Under the pieces are notes generated by a model, which saw nothing but the letters and a program-made list of their open reading frames with translations, searched no databases and was not told the origin of the DNA. From positions 1-64,000 of the forward strand of contig JAYTSD010000037.1 of the NCBI GenBank assembly GCA_043745805.1: a DNA stretch of 64,000 nucleotides. Direction: 5' to 3'. Positions 1 through 12,573 of the stretch are shown in pieces (position 1 is the stretch's first letter; every line of letters begins with the position of its first letter). Source of the stretch: Fibrobacteria bacterium (lineage in GTDB: Bacteria > Fibrobacterota > Fibrobacteria > UBA11236). A program made the position numbers and the translations under genes.

Positions 1-103
1 AGAATTAATTACACCGATAGCCATGGCTAAGGATTTGCGTTTCGCTATTCGCGAAGGCGGTCGTACCGTGGGTGCTGGTGTTGTTTCGGAAATCATAGCT
101 TAA
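1..103 (+). CDS. tuf: Elongation factor Tu, 3' end (partial)
   Basis: Frame 2 reads [33 protein letters not shown], the canonical EF-Tu C-terminus, upstream of tRNA-Trp/secE/nusG. Confidence 0.97.
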   Translation, partial: ELITPIAMAKDLRFAIREGGRTVGAGVVSEIIA

Positions 104-115
104 ACTGGAGATTTT

Positions 116-188
116 AGGTCAGTAGCTCAATTGGTAGAGTGCCGGTCTCCAAAACCGTAGGTTGTGGGTTCAAGTCCCCCCTGGCCTG
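116..188 (+). tRNA. trpT: tRNA-Trp (CCA)
   Basis: Acceptor stem AGGTCAG/CTGGCCT, D arm AGCTCAATTGGTAGAG, anticodon loop CT-CCA-AA, T loop GTTCAAGT; usual position before secE; CCA end not encoded. Confidence 0.95.
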
Positions 189-199
189 GAAAGATAAGG

Positions 200-382
200 A
201 TGCGAAGATTTCAGAAGTATATTAAAGATGTAATAGCTGAGTTGAAAAAAGTAACTTGGCCAACAAAAGAAGAACTAAAGGGTTCCACCATCACGGTGGT
301 AATCTTTAGCTTAATTGCTACAACCTATGTGTTTAGCGTTGATTTTGTATTAAGCAAAGTCATGCAAATGTTTTTGCAGTAA
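200..382 (+). CDS. secE: Preprotein translocase subunit SecE
   Basis: ELKKVTWP motif plus one TM helix. Start moved to ATG 200 because the ORF-track start lies inside the tRNA. Confidence 0.95.
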   Translation: MRRFQKYIKDVIAELKKVTWPTKEELKGSTITVVIFSLIATTYVFSVDFVLSKVMQMFLQ

Positions 383-395
383 AAAGGGATAGCTT

Positions 396-923
396 GTGAA
401 AAAATGGTATGTGGTGCATACGTATTCTGGGCAGGAAGCCAAAGTGAAATCCCACTTGGAAATGGTTGTGGAAAAAAACAGCCTTCAAGAAAGCATTGGC
501 AATATTCTTTTGCCTATGCGTGAGGTGACCACGGTTCAAAAGGGTAAGAAGACGACGCGGGATAAAAAATTCTATCCCAGTTATTTACTTATCGAAATGG
601 AAATGAACAAAGAAACTATGCATTGTGTCACCGACATTCCCGGCGTCACACATTTCGTAGGTGTGGGTAAACCACAACCTTTGCGTCGCAGCGAAGTGGA
701 GCGCATTCAAGGACAAACTAGTCCGGATGTTGCTGAAATTGGTTCGGTAGAAATCCCCTTTATTTCTGGCGACAAAATTCGCATCAAAGATGGTCCTTTC
801 AAGGATTTCGATGGTGTGGTAGAAGAAATCAATCAAGAAAAAGGCAAGCTGAAAGTCATGGTCAGCGTGTTTGGCCGCTCCACACCTGTGGAATTGGATT
901 TCGTACAGGTAGATGCGGTTTAA
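396..923 (+). CDS. nusG: Transcription termination/antitermination factor NusG
   Basis: WYVVHTYSGQE N-terminus, KOW motif GPFKDFDGVV, VSVFGRSTPVEL. Confidence 0.98.
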   Translation: MKKWYVVHTYSGQEAKVKSHLEMVVEKNSLQESIGNILLPMREVTTVQKGKKTTRDKKFYPSYLLIEMEMNKETMHCVTDIPGVTHFVGVGKPQPLRRSEVERIQGQTSPDVAEIGSVEIPFISGDKIRIKDGPFKDFDGVVEEINQEKGKLKVMVSVFGRSTPVELDFVQVDAV

Positions 924-948
924 AAAGAATAATATTTAGGAGTAAGCA

Positions 949-1374
949 GTGGCTAAGAAAATTACTGGATACATTAAGTTACAAGTTCCCGCTGGATCGG
1001 CGAACCCTTCCCCGCCTATCGGTCCTGCTTTAGGTCAACGTGGCTTAAACATTATGGAGTTTTGTAAAGCATTCAATGCACAAACTCAAGATAAAAAAGG
1101 CATGATCATTCCCGTCGTTATCACGGTATATGCAGATCGCAGCTTTACTTTTATTACTAAAACTTCTCCTACTCCTGAGCTCATAAAAAAAGCGATTGGT
1201 TTGGAAAAAGGTTCCGGCGAACCTAACCGTAAAAAAGTTGGCAAAGTAACTATGGCGCAAATCACAGAAATCGCCAAAACCAAAATGCCCGATTTGAATA
1301 CGACCAACTTGGAAGCCGCTTGCCGTATGGTTGAAGGTACGGCCAAGAGTATGGGCTTGGACATTATTAAATAA
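949..1374 (+). CDS. rplK: 50S ribosomal protein L11
   Basis: [26 protein letters not shown] motif; synteny. Confidence 0.99.
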   Translation: MAKKITGYIKLQVPAGSANPSPPIGPALGQRGLNIMEFCKAFNAQTQDKKGMIIPVVITVYADRSFTFITKTSPTPELIKKAIGLEKGSGEPNRKKVGKVTMAQITEIAKTKMPDLNTTNLEAACRMVEGTAKSMGLDIIK

Positions 1375-1410
1375 TTTTAGAGACAAAGATCACGAGTACA
1401 AAGGTTCACG

Positions 1411-2103
1411 ATGAAACGCAGTAAAAATTATCGCAGCCTGTCTGAGAAAATCGACAGAACGAAAGAATACGGCTTACCAGAAGCTGTAGGCATATTGAAA
1501 GGTGGAATCAAAACCAAATTTGATTCTTCCTTGGAAGTACACATGCGCCTTGGCGTGGATCCTAAATATTCGGATCAAGTAGTGCGCGGAAACGTAGTAT
1601 TGCCGCATGGTACAGGTAAAACCATTAAAATTTTAGTATTCGCAAAAGGTGAGCTTGAAAAAGCGGCAACTGCTGCAGGTGCTGATTTTGTTGGCGCCGA
1701 AGAATTAGTAACAAAAATTCAAGGTGGCTGGATCGACTTTGATCAAGTTGTAGCTACTCCTGATATGATGCCTTTAGTAGGACGTATCGCTCGCGTACTT
1801 GGACCTCGCGGTTTGATGCCAAGTCCAAAAGCCGGTACTGTAACTATGGACGTTGCACGTGTGATTAAAGAATTAAAAGCTGGTAAAATTGCTTATCGCG
1901 TTGACAAGGGCGGTAACGTACACGCTCCAGTTGGCAAAACTTCTTTTACCCCCGATCAGCTGGTAGAAAATGCCAAGTCTTTGATCGATGCAGTAGTTAA
2001 AGCCAAGCCTGCCACCGCTAAGGGTGTGTATGTGCGCAGCATCACTTTAGCAGGTACAATGAGCCCAGGCGTTCGTATTGACCGTGCCTTGGCTAGGATT
2101 TAA
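1411..2103 (+). CDS. rplA: 50S ribosomal protein L1
   Basis: [29 protein letters not shown]. Confidence 0.99.
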   Translation: MKRSKNYRSLSEKIDRTKEYGLPEAVGILKGGIKTKFDSSLEVHMRLGVDPKYSDQVVRGNVVLPHGTGKTIKILVFAKGELEKAATAAGADFVGAEELVTKIQGGWIDFDQVVATPDMMPLVGRIARVLGPRGLMPSPKAGTVTMDVARVIKELKAGKIAYRVDKGGNVHAPVGKTSFTPDQLVENAKSLIDAVVKAKPATAKGVYVRSITLAGTMSPGVRIDRALARI

Positions 2104-2112
2104 GAGGAAAAA

Positions 2113-2640
2113 ATGGTAGTACAAAAATCTGATGTTGTAACGAATCTGTCGGCTAAAATTAAGTCCAGCTTGGGCTTTTATGTAGCTGATTTCACAGGCC
2201 TTACTGTTGAGAAGGTAACCGCTTTGCGTAATACTTTCCGCAGCAAAGGGATGTATGTAAAAGTGGCAAAAAACACATTGATTAAACGTGCTTTGCATGA
2301 AAATGATATCAATGGTTTGGATGCTCATTTTGTTGGGCCGACGATGATTATTTTCTCGGATGCCGAAGACCCATTAGCACCTGCAAAAGTGTTTGTGGAT
2401 TTTCACAAAACCAATGAAAAATTATTGTCCTTAAAAACTATCCAAATTGACGGACAAGCTTATCCTGGTACCCAATTGGTTACTCTTTCCAAAATGCCGG
2501 GAAAACGTGAACTGCAAGCGCAAGTAATTTCTTTGGCCATGGGACCGTCTGCGGTACTCATCGGACTTTTCAAAGGTCCTGGTGTGAAGCTGGCCGGTCA
2601 AGTAAAAGCCTTGGTAGAAAGGCTGGAGGGTGCAGAGTAG
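2113..2640 (+). CDS. rplJ: 50S ribosomal protein L10
   Basis: DFTGLTV..LR, VAKNTLIKRAL, GPT motifs; synteny. Confidence 0.96.
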   Translation: MVVQKSDVVTNLSAKIKSSLGFYVADFTGLTVEKVTALRNTFRSKGMYVKVAKNTLIKRALHENDINGLDAHFVGPTMIIFSDAEDPLAPAKVFVDFHKTNEKLLSLKTIQIDGQAYPGTQLVTLSKMPGKRELQAQVISLAMGPSAVLIGLFKGPGVKLAGQVKALVERLEGAE

Positions 2641-2739
2641 GAATAAGGAATACACAATTAATTAAACAAACGTTTCTTCGGAAACAACAAATAAAAAACT
2701 TTAAACAAAAATCAATAAACACACAGGAAGGATTTTTCC

Positions 2740-3129
2740 ATGTCAGAAGCAACTTACTCCACAGGCATTAAAGAAATCGGCGACAAGATTGTTGCACTCA
2801 GCCTTTTACAAGCTAAAGAACTTTCGGATTACTTAAAGAACGAATACGGCTTAGAAGCTGCCGCTGCCGCTGCTGCTCCAGCTATGGCTGCTGTTGCTGG
2901 CGAAGCCGCTGTTGAAAAAACCGAATTCGACGTTATTCTCGAAAACTCGGGTGCCAACAAGATTAACGTAATCAAAGTTGTACGTGCAATTACTGCCTTA
3001 GGTTTGGCTGAAGCTAAAGCCTTGGTAGACGGCGCACCAAAGCCAGTTAAAGAAGGTATTCCTAAAGCGGATGCCGAAAAAATCAAAAAAGAACTAGAAG
3101 AAGCCGGTGCTAAGGTTACCTTAAAATAA
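2740..3129 (+). CDS. rplL: 50S ribosomal protein L7/L12
   Basis: Ala-rich hinge, [29 protein letters not shown]. Confidence 0.99.
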   Translation: MSEATYSTGIKEIGDKIVALSLLQAKELSDYLKNEYGLEAAAAAAAPAMAAVAGEAAVEKTEFDVILENSGANKINVIKVVRAITALGLAEAKALVDGAPKPVKEGIPKADAEKIKKELEEAGAKVTLK

Positions 3130-3167
3130 TCTTTGCTCGAAGGTAATCCTTCATAAATCGCAAGCGT

Positions 3168-3205
3168 GCCTGCTTGTTTCTACAAGCAGGCCTTTGGTTT
3201 TTTTT
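3168..3205 (+). terminator. Terminator/attenuator hairpin between rplL and rpoB
   Basis: Perfect 10-bp stem GCCTGCTTGT-ttct-ACAAGCAGGC followed by a T-rich tract. Confidence 0.7.
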
Positions 3206-3242
3206 CGCTAAAAAAAGCGAGTCAATTTAAGGGAATAAATAA

Positions 3243-6200
3243 ATGGTGCAAAGAAGAACATATTCCTCCAGTCGATTCAACTTTGATCTGCCCTATCTAC
3301 TTGATGTGCAAGTCAATTCATACAATCGCTTCATCCAAGCCGGAGTTTTGCCTAAGGATCGCAAAAACGAAGGTTTACAAAAAATTTTCAGTGAAGTATT
3401 TCCGATTACCGATGTAAAGGAACAATACTCTTTGGAATTCGAAGGTTACTCTTTGGGTGTTCCCAAGTATTCCCTCGTAGAAAGTCAAAAGCGTGGTATG
3501 ACTTATGCCGCTCCTTTGAAAGCCACCTTAAGCCTACATATTTTTGAAGGCGAAGGTAATGATCGCAAGTTTAAAGAAAAAATCACCAATGATGTATATA
3601 TCGGTGATTTGCCTTTAATCACTCCCAATGGAACTTTTATTATCAATGGCGCGGAACGCGTTATTGTATCGCAATTACATCGTTCACCTGGTGTGAGCTT
3701 TGACGAAGAAACCCATCCTAATGGTAAGCGTTTATTAAAAGCGCGCGTGATTCCTTATCGCGGTTCATGGGTGGAGTTTTTAGTTGATGTGAATGAAGCC
3801 ATGTATATCAATATCGATCGTCGCCGTAAAATTCCGGCTTCGATTTTGTTGCGTGCCATCGGTTTTTCACGCAATATCGATTTACTCAAGCTTTTTTATG
3901 AAGCGGAAGAAGTAAATCTTACCCCTAAAACTTTGGAAACCTTAGAAGAAAAAGTGCTTTTCGAAGATGTGGTAGATAAAGATTCCGGTGAATTAATTGC
4001 CGAAGCAAATACTGTGATAACAGGCCCACTCATTAAAAAATTCAATGAATTGGGAATTAAAAAAATTCGCATCATCAAAGATGTGGAAGCCAATCCAGTC
4101 ATGCATAATACTATCGCTGCGGATCCCACAAGCTCGGAAGAAGAAGCGCTTTTCCGTATCTATAGCTTGATTCGCCCAGGAGATCCTCCGAATGTACAAA
4201 CCGCCCGTACGTTGCTCGAAAGATTGTTCTTCGACGACAAGCGTTATGACTTAGGCGAAGTTGGCCGCTATCGCATGAATAGCCGTCTTAAGCTCACGGT
4301 GCCTATGAGCACCATGATCATGACCAAAGAAGATTTTATTGCCATTATTAAATATTTGATCAGCTTGTTTGCACAAGAAGGTTTCTTGGATGATATTGAT
4401 CATCTTGGCAATCGTCGCGTACGCTCGGTAGGTGAATTATTAGGCAATCAATTCTCCTTAGGGTTAACACGTATGTCACGTACTATTCGGGAACGCTTAT
4501 CTTTGCGTGACACGGAAGAAGTGACTCCGCAAGATTTAGTGAATGCACGTACAGTATCCACTGTGATTTCGACATTCTTTGGCAGTTCGCAATTGTCCCA
4601 GTTCATGGATCAAATGAATCCATTGGCTGAATTGACTCATAAGCGTCGTATGTCCGCCTTAGGCCCTGGTGGTTTAACACGTGAACGCGCCGGTTTTGAA
4701 GTACGTGATGTGCATCATAGCCATTATGGCCGACTCTGCCCAATTGAAACACCGGAAGGCCCGAATATCGGTTTGATTTCTTCTATGGCTGCTTATGCCA
4801 AAGTAAATCAATTCGGTTTTATCGAAACACCTTATCGCAAAGTGAAAAACGGCGTGGTAACCGATGATGTTATTTATTTAACAGCGGATCAAGAAGATGA
4901 TTATCATGTGGCTCCCGCTTCCACAAAGATCAATGAAAAAAATGAATTTGTAACGGATCATGTCATTGTACGTAAACAAGGTGAATTTCCTTTAGTTCCC
5001 AAGGATACCGTACAATTAATGGACGTATCTCCTAAGCAACTCGTGTCCATTGCCGCCGGACTTATTCCTTTCTTAGAACATGATGATGCGAATCGCGCGC
5101 TCATGGGTTCTAATATGCAGCGTCAAGCGGTGCCTTTATTAATTACGGAATCTCCTTTTGTAGGTACGGGTTTAGAAGGTAAAGCGGCTTATGATTCTGG
5201 TGCTATGGTGATTGCCACCCATGCGGGTGTGGTTTTTTCTTTAGACGCACAGAACATTAAAATTAAACGCGAAGAGAGTGGTAAATCGGTTACGGATTTC
5301 CTTGATGTTCCTGAATACGACAATTATATATTGCGTAAATTTGAACGCTCTAATCAAGACAGTTGCATTAATCAAAAACCTTTGGTTAGTGTTGGTCAAA
5401 CGGTGAAAAAAGGCGAAGTCATTGCCGATGGAACCAGTACTCATAATGGAGAATTGGCTTTAGGTAAAAACATACTTGTCGCTTTCTTGCCTTGGAATGG
5501 TTATAACTACGAAGATGCTATTATCATCTCCGAAGAGCTTTCCAAGAAGGACACTTTCACCTCCATTCATATTGAAGAATATGAATTGGAAGTACGTGAT
5601 ACCAAACGCGGCCCTGAAGAATTAACTCGTGAAATTCCAAATGTAAGCGAAGAATCCCTTCGCAACCTCGATGAGAACGGAATTATTCGTGTTGGTGCTG
5701 ATGTAGACGCAGGCGATATTTTAGTGGGTAAGGTAACTCCTAAAGGCGAAACCGAATTATCTCCAGAAGAACGTTTATTACGCGCTATTTTTGGTGAAAA
5801 GGCCGGCGATGTACGTGACTCTTCTTTAAAAGCGCCTCCAGGCATGAAAGGTATCGTGGTTGAAACCCGTACTTTCTCTCGCAAGGAACGCGATAAAAAA
5901 ACCAAGAAAAGCGACAAAGATCGCATTGACGAATTACGCGAGGCCATGAGCACGCGTATTCATGAAATTACTGCTGCACGTGACAATAAGCTGCTCGAAT
6001 TACTCGACGGTAAAGAAGCACAAGAAATTCGTGATGGCTCTACCAGCGAATTGATTATGGGCAAAGGCAAGAAGTTCTCGGAAAAACTTTTACAAAAAAT
6101 CAATTTCTCCGATGTACATCTCGAAAATGGTTTAACCCTTGATGAGAATGCTAATACCCAAGCAGAGCGCGTTTTACATAGTGCCAATGAAATGATTTCT

Positions 6201-7013
6201 CGTCTCGAAGAAGAACTCGATAAGGAAATCGACAAGATTGTACGTGGCGATGAATTAAAACCTGGTGTGTTGCAATTGGTAAAAGTCTATATCGCTAAAA
6301 AACGGAAAATTTCCGTGGGTGATAAAATGGCTGGACGTCACGGTAACAAGGGTGTTATTTCTAAAATCGTTCCGGTTGAAGATATGCCTTTTATGCCAGA
6401 CGGCACACCTGCGCAAATCCTTTTGAACCCACTGGGCGTGCCTTCGCGTATGAACGTAGGACAAGTATTAGAAACCCATTTAGGTTGGGCCGCAGCGGCT
6501 CTCGGTATCAAAATCGCTACGCCAGTATTTGATGGTGCAAGTTATGAAGATATTGTCAAAGCTTTGGTGGAAGGCAAACGTCCTCCTTCAGGAAAAACAA
6601 AATTATTCGACGGACGTACCGGCGAAACTTTGGCGAATGAAGTTTGCGTAGGCTATATGTATATGCTTAAACTTGGCCATTTAGTGGATGATAAAATTCA
6701 TGCACGCTCGATTGGGCCTTATTCCTTGGTTACACAACAACCTTTAGGTGGTAAGAGTCAATTTGGTGGCCAACGTTTTGGAGAAATGGAAGTTTGGGCT
6801 TTGGAAGCGTATGGGGCAGCTTATACCTTACAAGAATTACTTACCGTTAAATCCGATGATGTTATGGGTCGTTCCAAGATTTATGAAAGCATTGTGAAAG
6901 GTGAAAATGCACCACGTCCTGGTGTGCCAGAATCTTTCAATGTGCTTATTAAGGAAATGCAGGCCCTTTGCCTCGATGTCAAATTCATGCAAGAAGAAGA
7001 GGAGCTGATTTAG
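3243..7013 (+). CDS. rpoB: RNA polymerase beta subunit
   Basis: [44 protein letters not shown]; 1256 aa. Confidence 0.99.
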   Translation: MVQRRTYSSSRFNFDLPYLLDVQVNSYNRFIQAGVLPKDRKNEGLQKIFSEVFPITDVKEQYSLEFEGYSLGVPKYSLVESQKRGMTYAAPLKATLSLHIFEGEGNDRKFKEKITNDVYIGDLPLITPNGTFIINGAERVIVSQLHRSPGVSFDEETHPNGKRLLKARVIPYRGSWVEFLVDVNEAMYINIDRRRKIPASILLRAIGFSRNIDLLKLFYEAEEVNLTPKTLETLEEKVLFEDVVDKDSGELIAEANTVITGPLIKKFNELGIKKIRIIKDVEANPVMHNTIAADPTSSEEEALFRIYSLIRPGDPPNVQTARTLLERLFFDDKRYDLGEVGRYRMNSRLKLTVPMSTMIMTKEDFIAIIKYLISLFAQEGFLDDIDHLGNRRVRSVGELLGNQFSLGLTRMSRTIRERLSLRDTEEVTPQDLVNARTVSTVISTFFGSSQLSQFMDQMNPLAELTHKRRMSALGPGGLTRERAGFEVRDVHHSHYGRLCPIETPEGPNIGLISSMAAYAKVNQFGFIETPYRKVKNGVVTDDVIYLTADQEDDYHVAPASTKINEKNEFVTDHVIVRKQGEFPLVPKDTVQLMDVSPKQLVSIAAGLIPFLEHDDANRALMGSNMQRQAVPLLITESPFVGTGLEGKAAYDSGAMVIATHAGVVFSLDAQNIKIKREESGKSVTDFLDVPEYDNYILRKFERSNQDSCINQKPLVSVGQTVKKGEVIADGTSTHNGELALGKNILVAFLPWNGYNYEDAIIISEELSKKDTFTSIHIEEYELEVRDTKRGPEELTREIPNVSEESLRNLDENGIIRVGADVDAGDILVGKVTPKGETELSPEERLLRAIFGEKAGDVRDSSLKAPPGMKGIVVETRTFSRKERDKKTKKSDKDRIDELREAMSTRIHEITAARDNKLLELLDGKEAQEIRDGSTSELIMGKGKKFSEKLLQKINFSDVHLENGLTLDENANTQAERVLHSANEMISRLEEELDKEIDKIVRGDELKPGVLQLVKVYIAKKRKISVGDKMAGRHGNKGVISKIVPVEDMPFMPDGTPAQILLNPLGVPSRMNVGQVLETHLGWAAAALGIKIATPVFDGASYEDIVKALVEGKRPPSGKTKLFDGRTGETLANEVCVGYMYMLKLGHLVDDKIHARSIGPYSLVTQQPLGGKSQFGGQRFGEMEVWALEAYGAAYTLQELLTVKSDDVMGRSKIYESIVKGENAPRPGVPESFNVLIKEMQALCLDVKFMQEEEELI

Positions 7014-7078
7014 CGCATAGGCGCCAGCTTCCTTCATTTCATAAAGATTTTAAATAAGCAGTTTGGAGAGCAAAAGCA

Positions 7079-10000
7079 ATGGATGAGATTCAAGAAACAC
7101 ACGTCGATTTAAAAGATAAAGAAGCCATCAGTATTCAGTTGGCCTCTCCCGATGTAGTGCGTGGTTGGTCTTATGGTGAAGTCACCAAACCGGAAACAAT
7201 TAACTATCGCTCCTTTAAACCGGAAAAAGACGGTTTGTTTTGCGAACGTATTTTTGGACCCGTCAAGAACTGGGAATGTGGTTGCGGTAAATACAAACGT
7301 ATTCGTTATCGCGGCGTAGTTTGCGATCGTTGCGGCGTAGAAGTTACCCATAGTAAAGTTCGTCGCGAACGCATGGGCCATATTGAATTGGCTGTTCCTG
7401 TAGTACATATTTGGTTTTTCAAAAGCTTACCATCTACCATTGGCTCTTTGCTTGGTATGTCGGTAACCAATTTGGAACGCGTAATTTATTATGAATCGTA
7501 TATCGTACTCGATCCAGGTGACACGGATTTAAAACCCGGTCAACTCATTGGCGAAGATGAATATATCGATCTTGAAGATGAAGGCCGTCATTTCGACGCC
7601 AAAATGGGCGCTGCTGCTATTAAACAATTATTGGCTGAACTCGATTGCGATGCTGCTTCTCCTGAAATGCGTCGTCGCATTAAAGAAGAAACTTCTGGTC
7701 AACGTAAAGCTGATTTATTAAAGCGCTTGAAAGTGGTAGAAGCTTTCCGTAAATCGCCAAATCGTCCCGAGTGGATGGTTCTCGACGTATTACCAGTGAT
7801 ACCTCCAGACTTACGTCCTTTGGTTCCTTTAGAAGGTGGACGTTTTGCCACTTCCGATTTAAATGATTTATATCGTCGCGTTATCAATCGCAATAATCGT
7901 TTAAAGAAATTGATCGACATCAAAGCGCCTGAAGTTATTTTGCGTAATGAAAAACGCATGTTACAAGAAGCGGTAGATGTGCTTTTTGATAATGGTCGAC
8001 GCACCTTCTCCGTTAAGGGTGAAAATCGCCGTCCACTTAAATCATTATCTGAATTGCTCAAAGGTAAACAAGGACGTTTCCGTCAAAACTTATTGGGTAA
8101 ACGCGTAGATTATTCCGGTCGTTCGGTAATTGTGGTGGGACCTGAATTAAAAATTCATCAATGCGGATTGCCTAAACCTATGGCTTTGGAATTGTATAAA
8201 CCTTTCATCATTCAAAAATTGGAAGAAAAAGGTTTTGTACATACCGTAAAATCTGCGAAAAAATTCGTGGAAAAAGAACGTCCTGAAGTTTGGGACATTC
8301 TCGAAGAAATTATCGATGATCATCCAGTATTATTAAACCGTGCACCTACTTTGCATCGCCTAGGTATTCAAGCTTTCTATCCTAAATTGGTAGAAGGTAA
8401 AGCCATTCGTTTGCATCCCTTAGTATGTACGGCTTTCAATGCGGATTTTGATGGTGATCAAATGGCTATCCATTTACCACTTTCTTTTGAAGCACAATTA
8501 GAATGTCGTGTATTAATGATTGCCGCGAATAATATTTTGCATCCTGCTTCGGGTCAACCGATTGCTGTGCCTTCGCAAGATATTGTGCTTGGCTGTTATT
8601 ATCTCAGTGCAGTAAAAGCCACAGGTAAAGGCGCTGGCAAAATGTTTGCAGATGCGCAAGAAGCTATGACTGCTTACGATGCGGGCGTAGTAGACTTGAA
8701 CGTGCTTATTAAAGTGCGTATCGATGGCCAAATGATTGAGACTTCGGCAGGACGCGTATTCTTAAATCAAATTATTCCTAAAGAACTTGGTTTCTTAAAC
8801 AAAAACTTTGACAAGAAAACTATTTCCGCAACTATTGATAAATATTTCCGTATCGCGGGTAATGAAAGAACTTGTAAGTTCTTAGATGCTATCAAAGAAA
8901 CTGGTTTTAAATGGGCAACTCGAGGTGGTTTAAGTATTGCCATTGGTGATATGGTTATTCCTCCTGAAAAAAACGAGATGATCGAAAAAACCAAGGGTAA
9001 GGTCGATAAGGTTCTTGAACTCTATGAAAATGGCGTGATCACTGATGGTGAACGTTATAATCAAATCATCGATTTATGGTCACATACGACTAATGATGTG
9101 GCGACCTTGGTGTATGAAAAATTAGCACTGGATCGCGATGGTTTTAATCCTGTATATATGATGGCTGTGTCTGGTGCTCGCGGCAGCCGTGAGCAAATTA
9201 AACAGCTTTCTGGTATGCGCGGTTTAATGGCCAAGCCTCAGAAAAAAATTACCGGACATGAAATTATTGAAAATCCAATTCTTTCTTGCTTCCGTGAAGG
9301 CTTGAATGTGTTGGAATATTTTATTTCCACGCATGGTGCTCGTAAAGGTTTGGCGGATACCGCTTTGAAAACGGCCGATGCCGGTTATTTAACGCGTCGC
9401 TTAGTAGATGTAGCGCAAGATTTAGTTGTGAACGTGGCTGATTGCGGCACCGTTCTAGGCGTAGATATGACCGACACCTTAGAAGGTGACGATATAGTTG
9501 TTCCGGTACAAGAAAAGATTTTGGGTCGTGTGGCTTGTGATGATGTATTTCATCCGATAACCGACGAGTTACTGCTCAAAGCTAGCGTAGTAATCGATGA
9601 AGCCATCGCTGAAAAAATTGCCCAAGCTGGGGTAGATACAATTAAGGTGCGCTCGGTATTAACTTGCGAAGCTGTTAAAGGTATTTGTGCGAAGTGCTAT
9701 GGCCGTAATTTAGCCAATGGTCGCTTTATTGATATCGGCGAAGCTGTTGGTGTTATGGCAGCTCAATCTATCGGTGAACCAGGTACGCAATTAACTTTAC
9801 GTACTTTCCATATTGGTGGTGCCGCTTCTCGCATGACTGCGGAATCAGTAAAGAAATCAAAATGGGATGCAAAAGTTTCTTTGCAAGACGTAGAAATTGT
9901 AGAGAATCGCAAAAAAGAAAAAGTTGTTGTTAGTCGCTCAGGTGAAATTTCCTTAGTAGACGAACACGGCATTGTTAAGGCGCGTTACGTTGTACCTTAT

Positions 10001-11170
10001 GGCTCTTTATTAAAAGTTGTGCATGGCCAACAAATTAAAGCCGGTACATTAATGTTTGAATGGGATCCATATAATACTTTGATTATTACGCGCGCCTCGG
10101 GTAAAGTGGAATTTGATGCGCTTAAAGACGGCGTAACTTATATCACGGAATACGATGATACCACAGGTATGGAACGTTTACGCGTTATTCGCGACAAGAA
10201 AGCTAAACTTCATCCGCATGTGAATGTGGTGAATGAAGCGGGCGATAAACTTGGACGTTACCCTGTTCCAGAGAATGCTTATTTGCAATACAAACATGGC
10301 GATGAAATTTTTGCCGGTGAAGCTATTGTGAAAATCGCTCGCGCTGCAGGTAAAACTCGAGATATTACCGGTGGTTTGCCTCGCGTGGCTGAATTGTTCG
10401 AAGCACGTCGTCCTAAGAGTCCATCGGTAGTTACGGCTATTGACGGTATCGTCGCTTTCGGCGAATTAGAACGCGGCCAACAACGCATTGTAATTGAAGA
10501 TAATGGCGCCAAAGAATCGTATTTGATTCCTCGCGGTAAACATGTTACGGTACATGCAGGTGACCGTGTACGTTCTGGCGATAAACTTTGTGATGGACCT
10601 ATTGATCCCCATGATATTTTGGAAATTGCTGGTGAAGCCGCAGTGCAAAAATATTTAGTGGAAGAAATTCAATCAGTGTATCGTCTTCAAGGTGTAACTA
10701 TTTCGGATAAACATATTGAATGTATTGTACGCCAGATGTTACGTAAGGTAACTGTGGAAAATTCCGGTGAAACCGAATTACTCGAAGGCGAAGAAATTTC
10801 CAAAGCGCGTTTACGTGCGGAAAACACTCGCGTTTCCGATTTAGGCCAACAGCCGGCTTCCTTTAGCCCTATGCTCTTGGGTATTACCAAGGCCTCTTTG
10901 GCGACGGATAGTTTCATCTCGGCAGCTTCTTTCCAAGAAACGACTAAAGTACTTACGCAAGCTTCTATTGCAGGTAAGATTGATACTTTAGAAGGTTTAA
11001 AAGAAAACGTTATTATGGGTCGTCTCATTCCTTCGGGAACGGGCAATGCAGAAGTAACCAAAATTCGCATCCGCGATTTGGATGTGGAAAGCGAAGATCA
11101 GGGCGAGTCGGACTTGGTTTCCGAAGAAGACTCAAAAAACCAACCCTTAGTTTCCTCAGAAATCGTTTAA
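7079..11170 (+). CDS. rpoC: RNA polymerase beta' subunit
   Basis: NADFDGDQM catalytic motif, N-terminal Zn finger, [12 protein letters not shown]. Confidence 0.99.
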   Translation: MDEIQETHVDLKDKEAISIQLASPDVVRGWSYGEVTKPETINYRSFKPEKDGLFCERIFGPVKNWECGCGKYKRIRYRGVVCDRCGVEVTHSKVRRERMGHIELAVPVVHIWFFKSLPSTIGSLLGMSVTNLERVIYYESYIVLDPGDTDLKPGQLIGEDEYIDLEDEGRHFDAKMGAAAIKQLLAELDCDAASPEMRRRIKEETSGQRKADLLKRLKVVEAFRKSPNRPEWMVLDVLPVIPPDLRPLVPLEGGRFATSDLNDLYRRVINRNNRLKKLIDIKAPEVILRNEKRMLQEAVDVLFDNGRRTFSVKGENRRPLKSLSELLKGKQGRFRQNLLGKRVDYSGRSVIVVGPELKIHQCGLPKPMALELYKPFIIQKLEEKGFVHTVKSAKKFVEKERPEVWDILEEIIDDHPVLLNRAPTLHRLGIQAFYPKLVEGKAIRLHPLVCTAFNADFDGDQMAIHLPLSFEAQLECRVLMIAANNILHPASGQPIAVPSQDIVLGCYYLSAVKATGKGAGKMFADAQEAMTAYDAGVVDLNVLIKVRIDGQMIETSAGRVFLNQIIPKELGFLNKNFDKKTISATIDKYFRIAGNERTCKFLDAIKETGFKWATRGGLSIAIGDMVIPPEKNEMIEKTKGKVDKVLELYENGVITDGERYNQIIDLWSHTTNDVATLVYEKLALDRDGFNPVYMMAVSGARGSREQIKQLSGMRGLMAKPQKKITGHEIIENPILSCFREGLNVLEYFISTHGARKGLADTALKTADAGYLTRRLVDVAQDLVVNVADCGTVLGVDMTDTLEGDDIVVPVQEKILGRVACDDVFHPITDELLLKASVVIDEAIAEKIAQAGVDTIKVRSVLTCEAVKGICAKCYGRNLANGRFIDIGEAVGVMAAQSIGEPGTQLTLRTFHIGGAASRMTAESVKKSKWDAKVSLQDVEIVENRKKEKVVVSRSGEISLVDEHGIVKARYVVPYGSLLKVVHGQQIKAGTLMFEWDPYNTLIITRASGKVEFDALKDGVTYITEYDDTTGMERLRVIRDKKAKLHPHVNVVNEAGDKLGRYPVPENAYLQYKHGDEIFAGEAIVKIARAAGKTRDITGGLPRVAELFEARRPKSPSVVTAIDGIVAFGELERGQQRIVIEDNGAKESYLIPRGKHVTVHAGDRVRSGDKLCDGPIDPHDILEIAGEAAVQKYLVEEIQSVYRLQGVTISDKHIECIVRQMLRKVTVENSGETELLEGEEISKARLRAENTRVSDLGQQPASFSPMLLGITKASLATDSFISAASFQETTKVLTQASIAGKIDTLEGLKENVIMGRLIPSGTGNAEVTKIRIRDLDVESEDQGESDLVSEEDSKNQPLVSSEIV

Positions 11171-11296
11171 TGATTTCTGTTAGAAATAAATTCAATCACC
11201 TTGTGTTAAAGCAAAGTGATTTAGGGTCTAAATCCTTGACAACAATAGACTTATTTAACTACACTTAACGGCTTATTAAAATATCGGAGAACTGAA

Positions 11297-11722
11297 TTGC
11301 CTACTATCAGCCAATTGATCCGCAAGGGCAGACAAAAACAAACGGCCAAAAGCAAAGCGCCGGCCCTAATCGGATGTCCACAAAAACGCGGTGTATGTAC
11401 TCGTGTATATACGACTACACCTAAAAAACCAAATTCTGCATTACGTAAAATCGCACGTGTACGCTTATCCAATAAAATGGAAGTTACATGTTACATTCCT
11501 GGTGAAGGCCATAACTTGCAAGAGCATAGTATTGTGCTTATTCGCGGTGGTCGTGTAAAAGATGTACCTGGTGTACGTTATCATATCATTCGTGGTACTC
11601 TCGATACTTCCGGTGTGGAAGGTCGTAGACAGAGCCGTTCGCTTTATGGCGTGAAGAAACCCAAAGCTGGCGCTCCCGCCGCTAAAGGTGCAGCAGCTCC
11701 CGCCAAGGGCAAGAAGAAGTAA
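11297..11722 (+). CDS. rpsL: 30S ribosomal protein S12
   Basis: TTG start; [25 protein letters not shown]; Ala/Lys-rich C-terminal extension. Confidence 0.99.
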   Translation: MPTISQLIRKGRQKQTAKSKAPALIGCPQKRGVCTRVYTTTPKKPNSALRKIARVRLSNKMEVTCYIPGEGHNLQEHSIVLIRGGRVKDVPGVRYHIIRGTLDTSGVEGRRQSRSLYGVKKPKAGAPAAKGAAAPAKGKKK

Positions 11723-11744
11723 GAAAGTTTAGTAAGGGTTTAAT

Positions 11745-12221
11745 ATGTCGAGAAGAAAAAGAGCAGATAAACGTAAAGTCTACCCAGACCCGAAGTTCAA
11801 TAGCACCTTAATTACTCAGTTTATGAACGTGGTAATTTCATGTGGAAAAAGAAGTTTGGCTGAAGACGTAGTATACCAAGCTTTGATAGAGTTCAAAAAG
11901 AAAGTCGGCGGTGAAGACGACGAATTAACTTTGTTCAAAAATGCTTTGAACAATATTAAGCCTTCTTTAGAAGTAAAGTCCCGCCGTGTAGGTGGTGCAA
12001 ACTATCAAGTGCCTATAGAAGTACATCCCACTCGCCGCACCGCTTTGGCCTTGCGTTGGCTTAAAGATGCGGCTGTGGGCCGAAATGAAAAAGATATGGC
12101 TCGTCGCCTATGCGCCGAACTCGTGCAGGCTTTGAACAATGAAGGTAATGCCGTTAAAAAACGTCAAGATATTCATCGTATGGCTGAATCGAATAAAGCC
12201 TTCGCCCATTTCCGCTGGTAA
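11745..12221 (+). CDS. rpsG: 30S ribosomal protein S7
   Basis: [30 protein letters not shown]. Confidence 0.99.
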   Translation: MSRRKRADKRKVYPDPKFNSTLITQFMNVVISCGKRSLAEDVVYQALIEFKKKVGGEDDELTLFKNALNNIKPSLEVKSRRVGGANYQVPIEVHPTRRTALALRWLKDAAVGRNEKDMARRLCAELVQALNNEGNAVKKRQDIHRMAESNKAFAHFRW

Positions 12222-12242
12222 CTTAAACGTTACTTTGAATTT

Positions 12243-12272
12243 AAAAGCCTCGCTACTAGCGAGGCTTTTTTT
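12243..12272 (+). terminator. Rho-independent terminator after rpsG
   Basis: AAAAGCCTCGCTA-C-TAGCGAGGCTTTT inverted repeat followed by a T run. Confidence 0.9.
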
Positions 12273-12288
12273 ATAACTGTTTAAAAAA

Positions 12289-12564
12289 TGATCTGCGCCC
12301 TTTTTCATGGACACTTAGTTAAACAACACAAACCCTCTTCTCAAACTCGGCTGGGCTAACATGGCCGATAGTTGAATGTTGTCGCTGAGTGTTATCCCAA
12401 CATTCTGCTTTACGACTCATGCTACAAACCATGGAGTATTGACGTAACAACTTTTGGAATTCCAAGCCATAACACTTTTTCGTTACTTTTACTTTCATAG
12501 ACACCTCCGGTCAATTGACCTAATTTATTTTTAGTAAGATGTCCGTTAAACGGGGCGAAGATCA
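12289..12564 (-). mobile_element. Internally deleted IS3-family element (276 bp)
   Basis: Ends TG...CA. Terminal IRs TGATCTGCGCCCTTTTTCATGGACA and TGATCTTCGCCCCGTTTAACGGACA match at 20/25. GGAGG RBS and ATG at 12498 lead into an orfA-like start fused to an IS3 OrfB C-terminal signature (NTQRQHSTIGHVSPAEFE). Confidence 0.85.
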
Positions 12565-12573
12565 AATAAAGGA

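Noticed and set aside
164-199. N-terminal extension of SecE in the ORF track
   Set aside because: Overlaps tRNA-Trp; ATG 200 with an AGGA RBS is the plausible start.
4570-4780. Rifampicin-resistance substitutions in RpoB cluster I
   Set aside because: The key Asp, His and Ser positions (QFMDQ, THKRR.SALG) are the sensitive-type residues.
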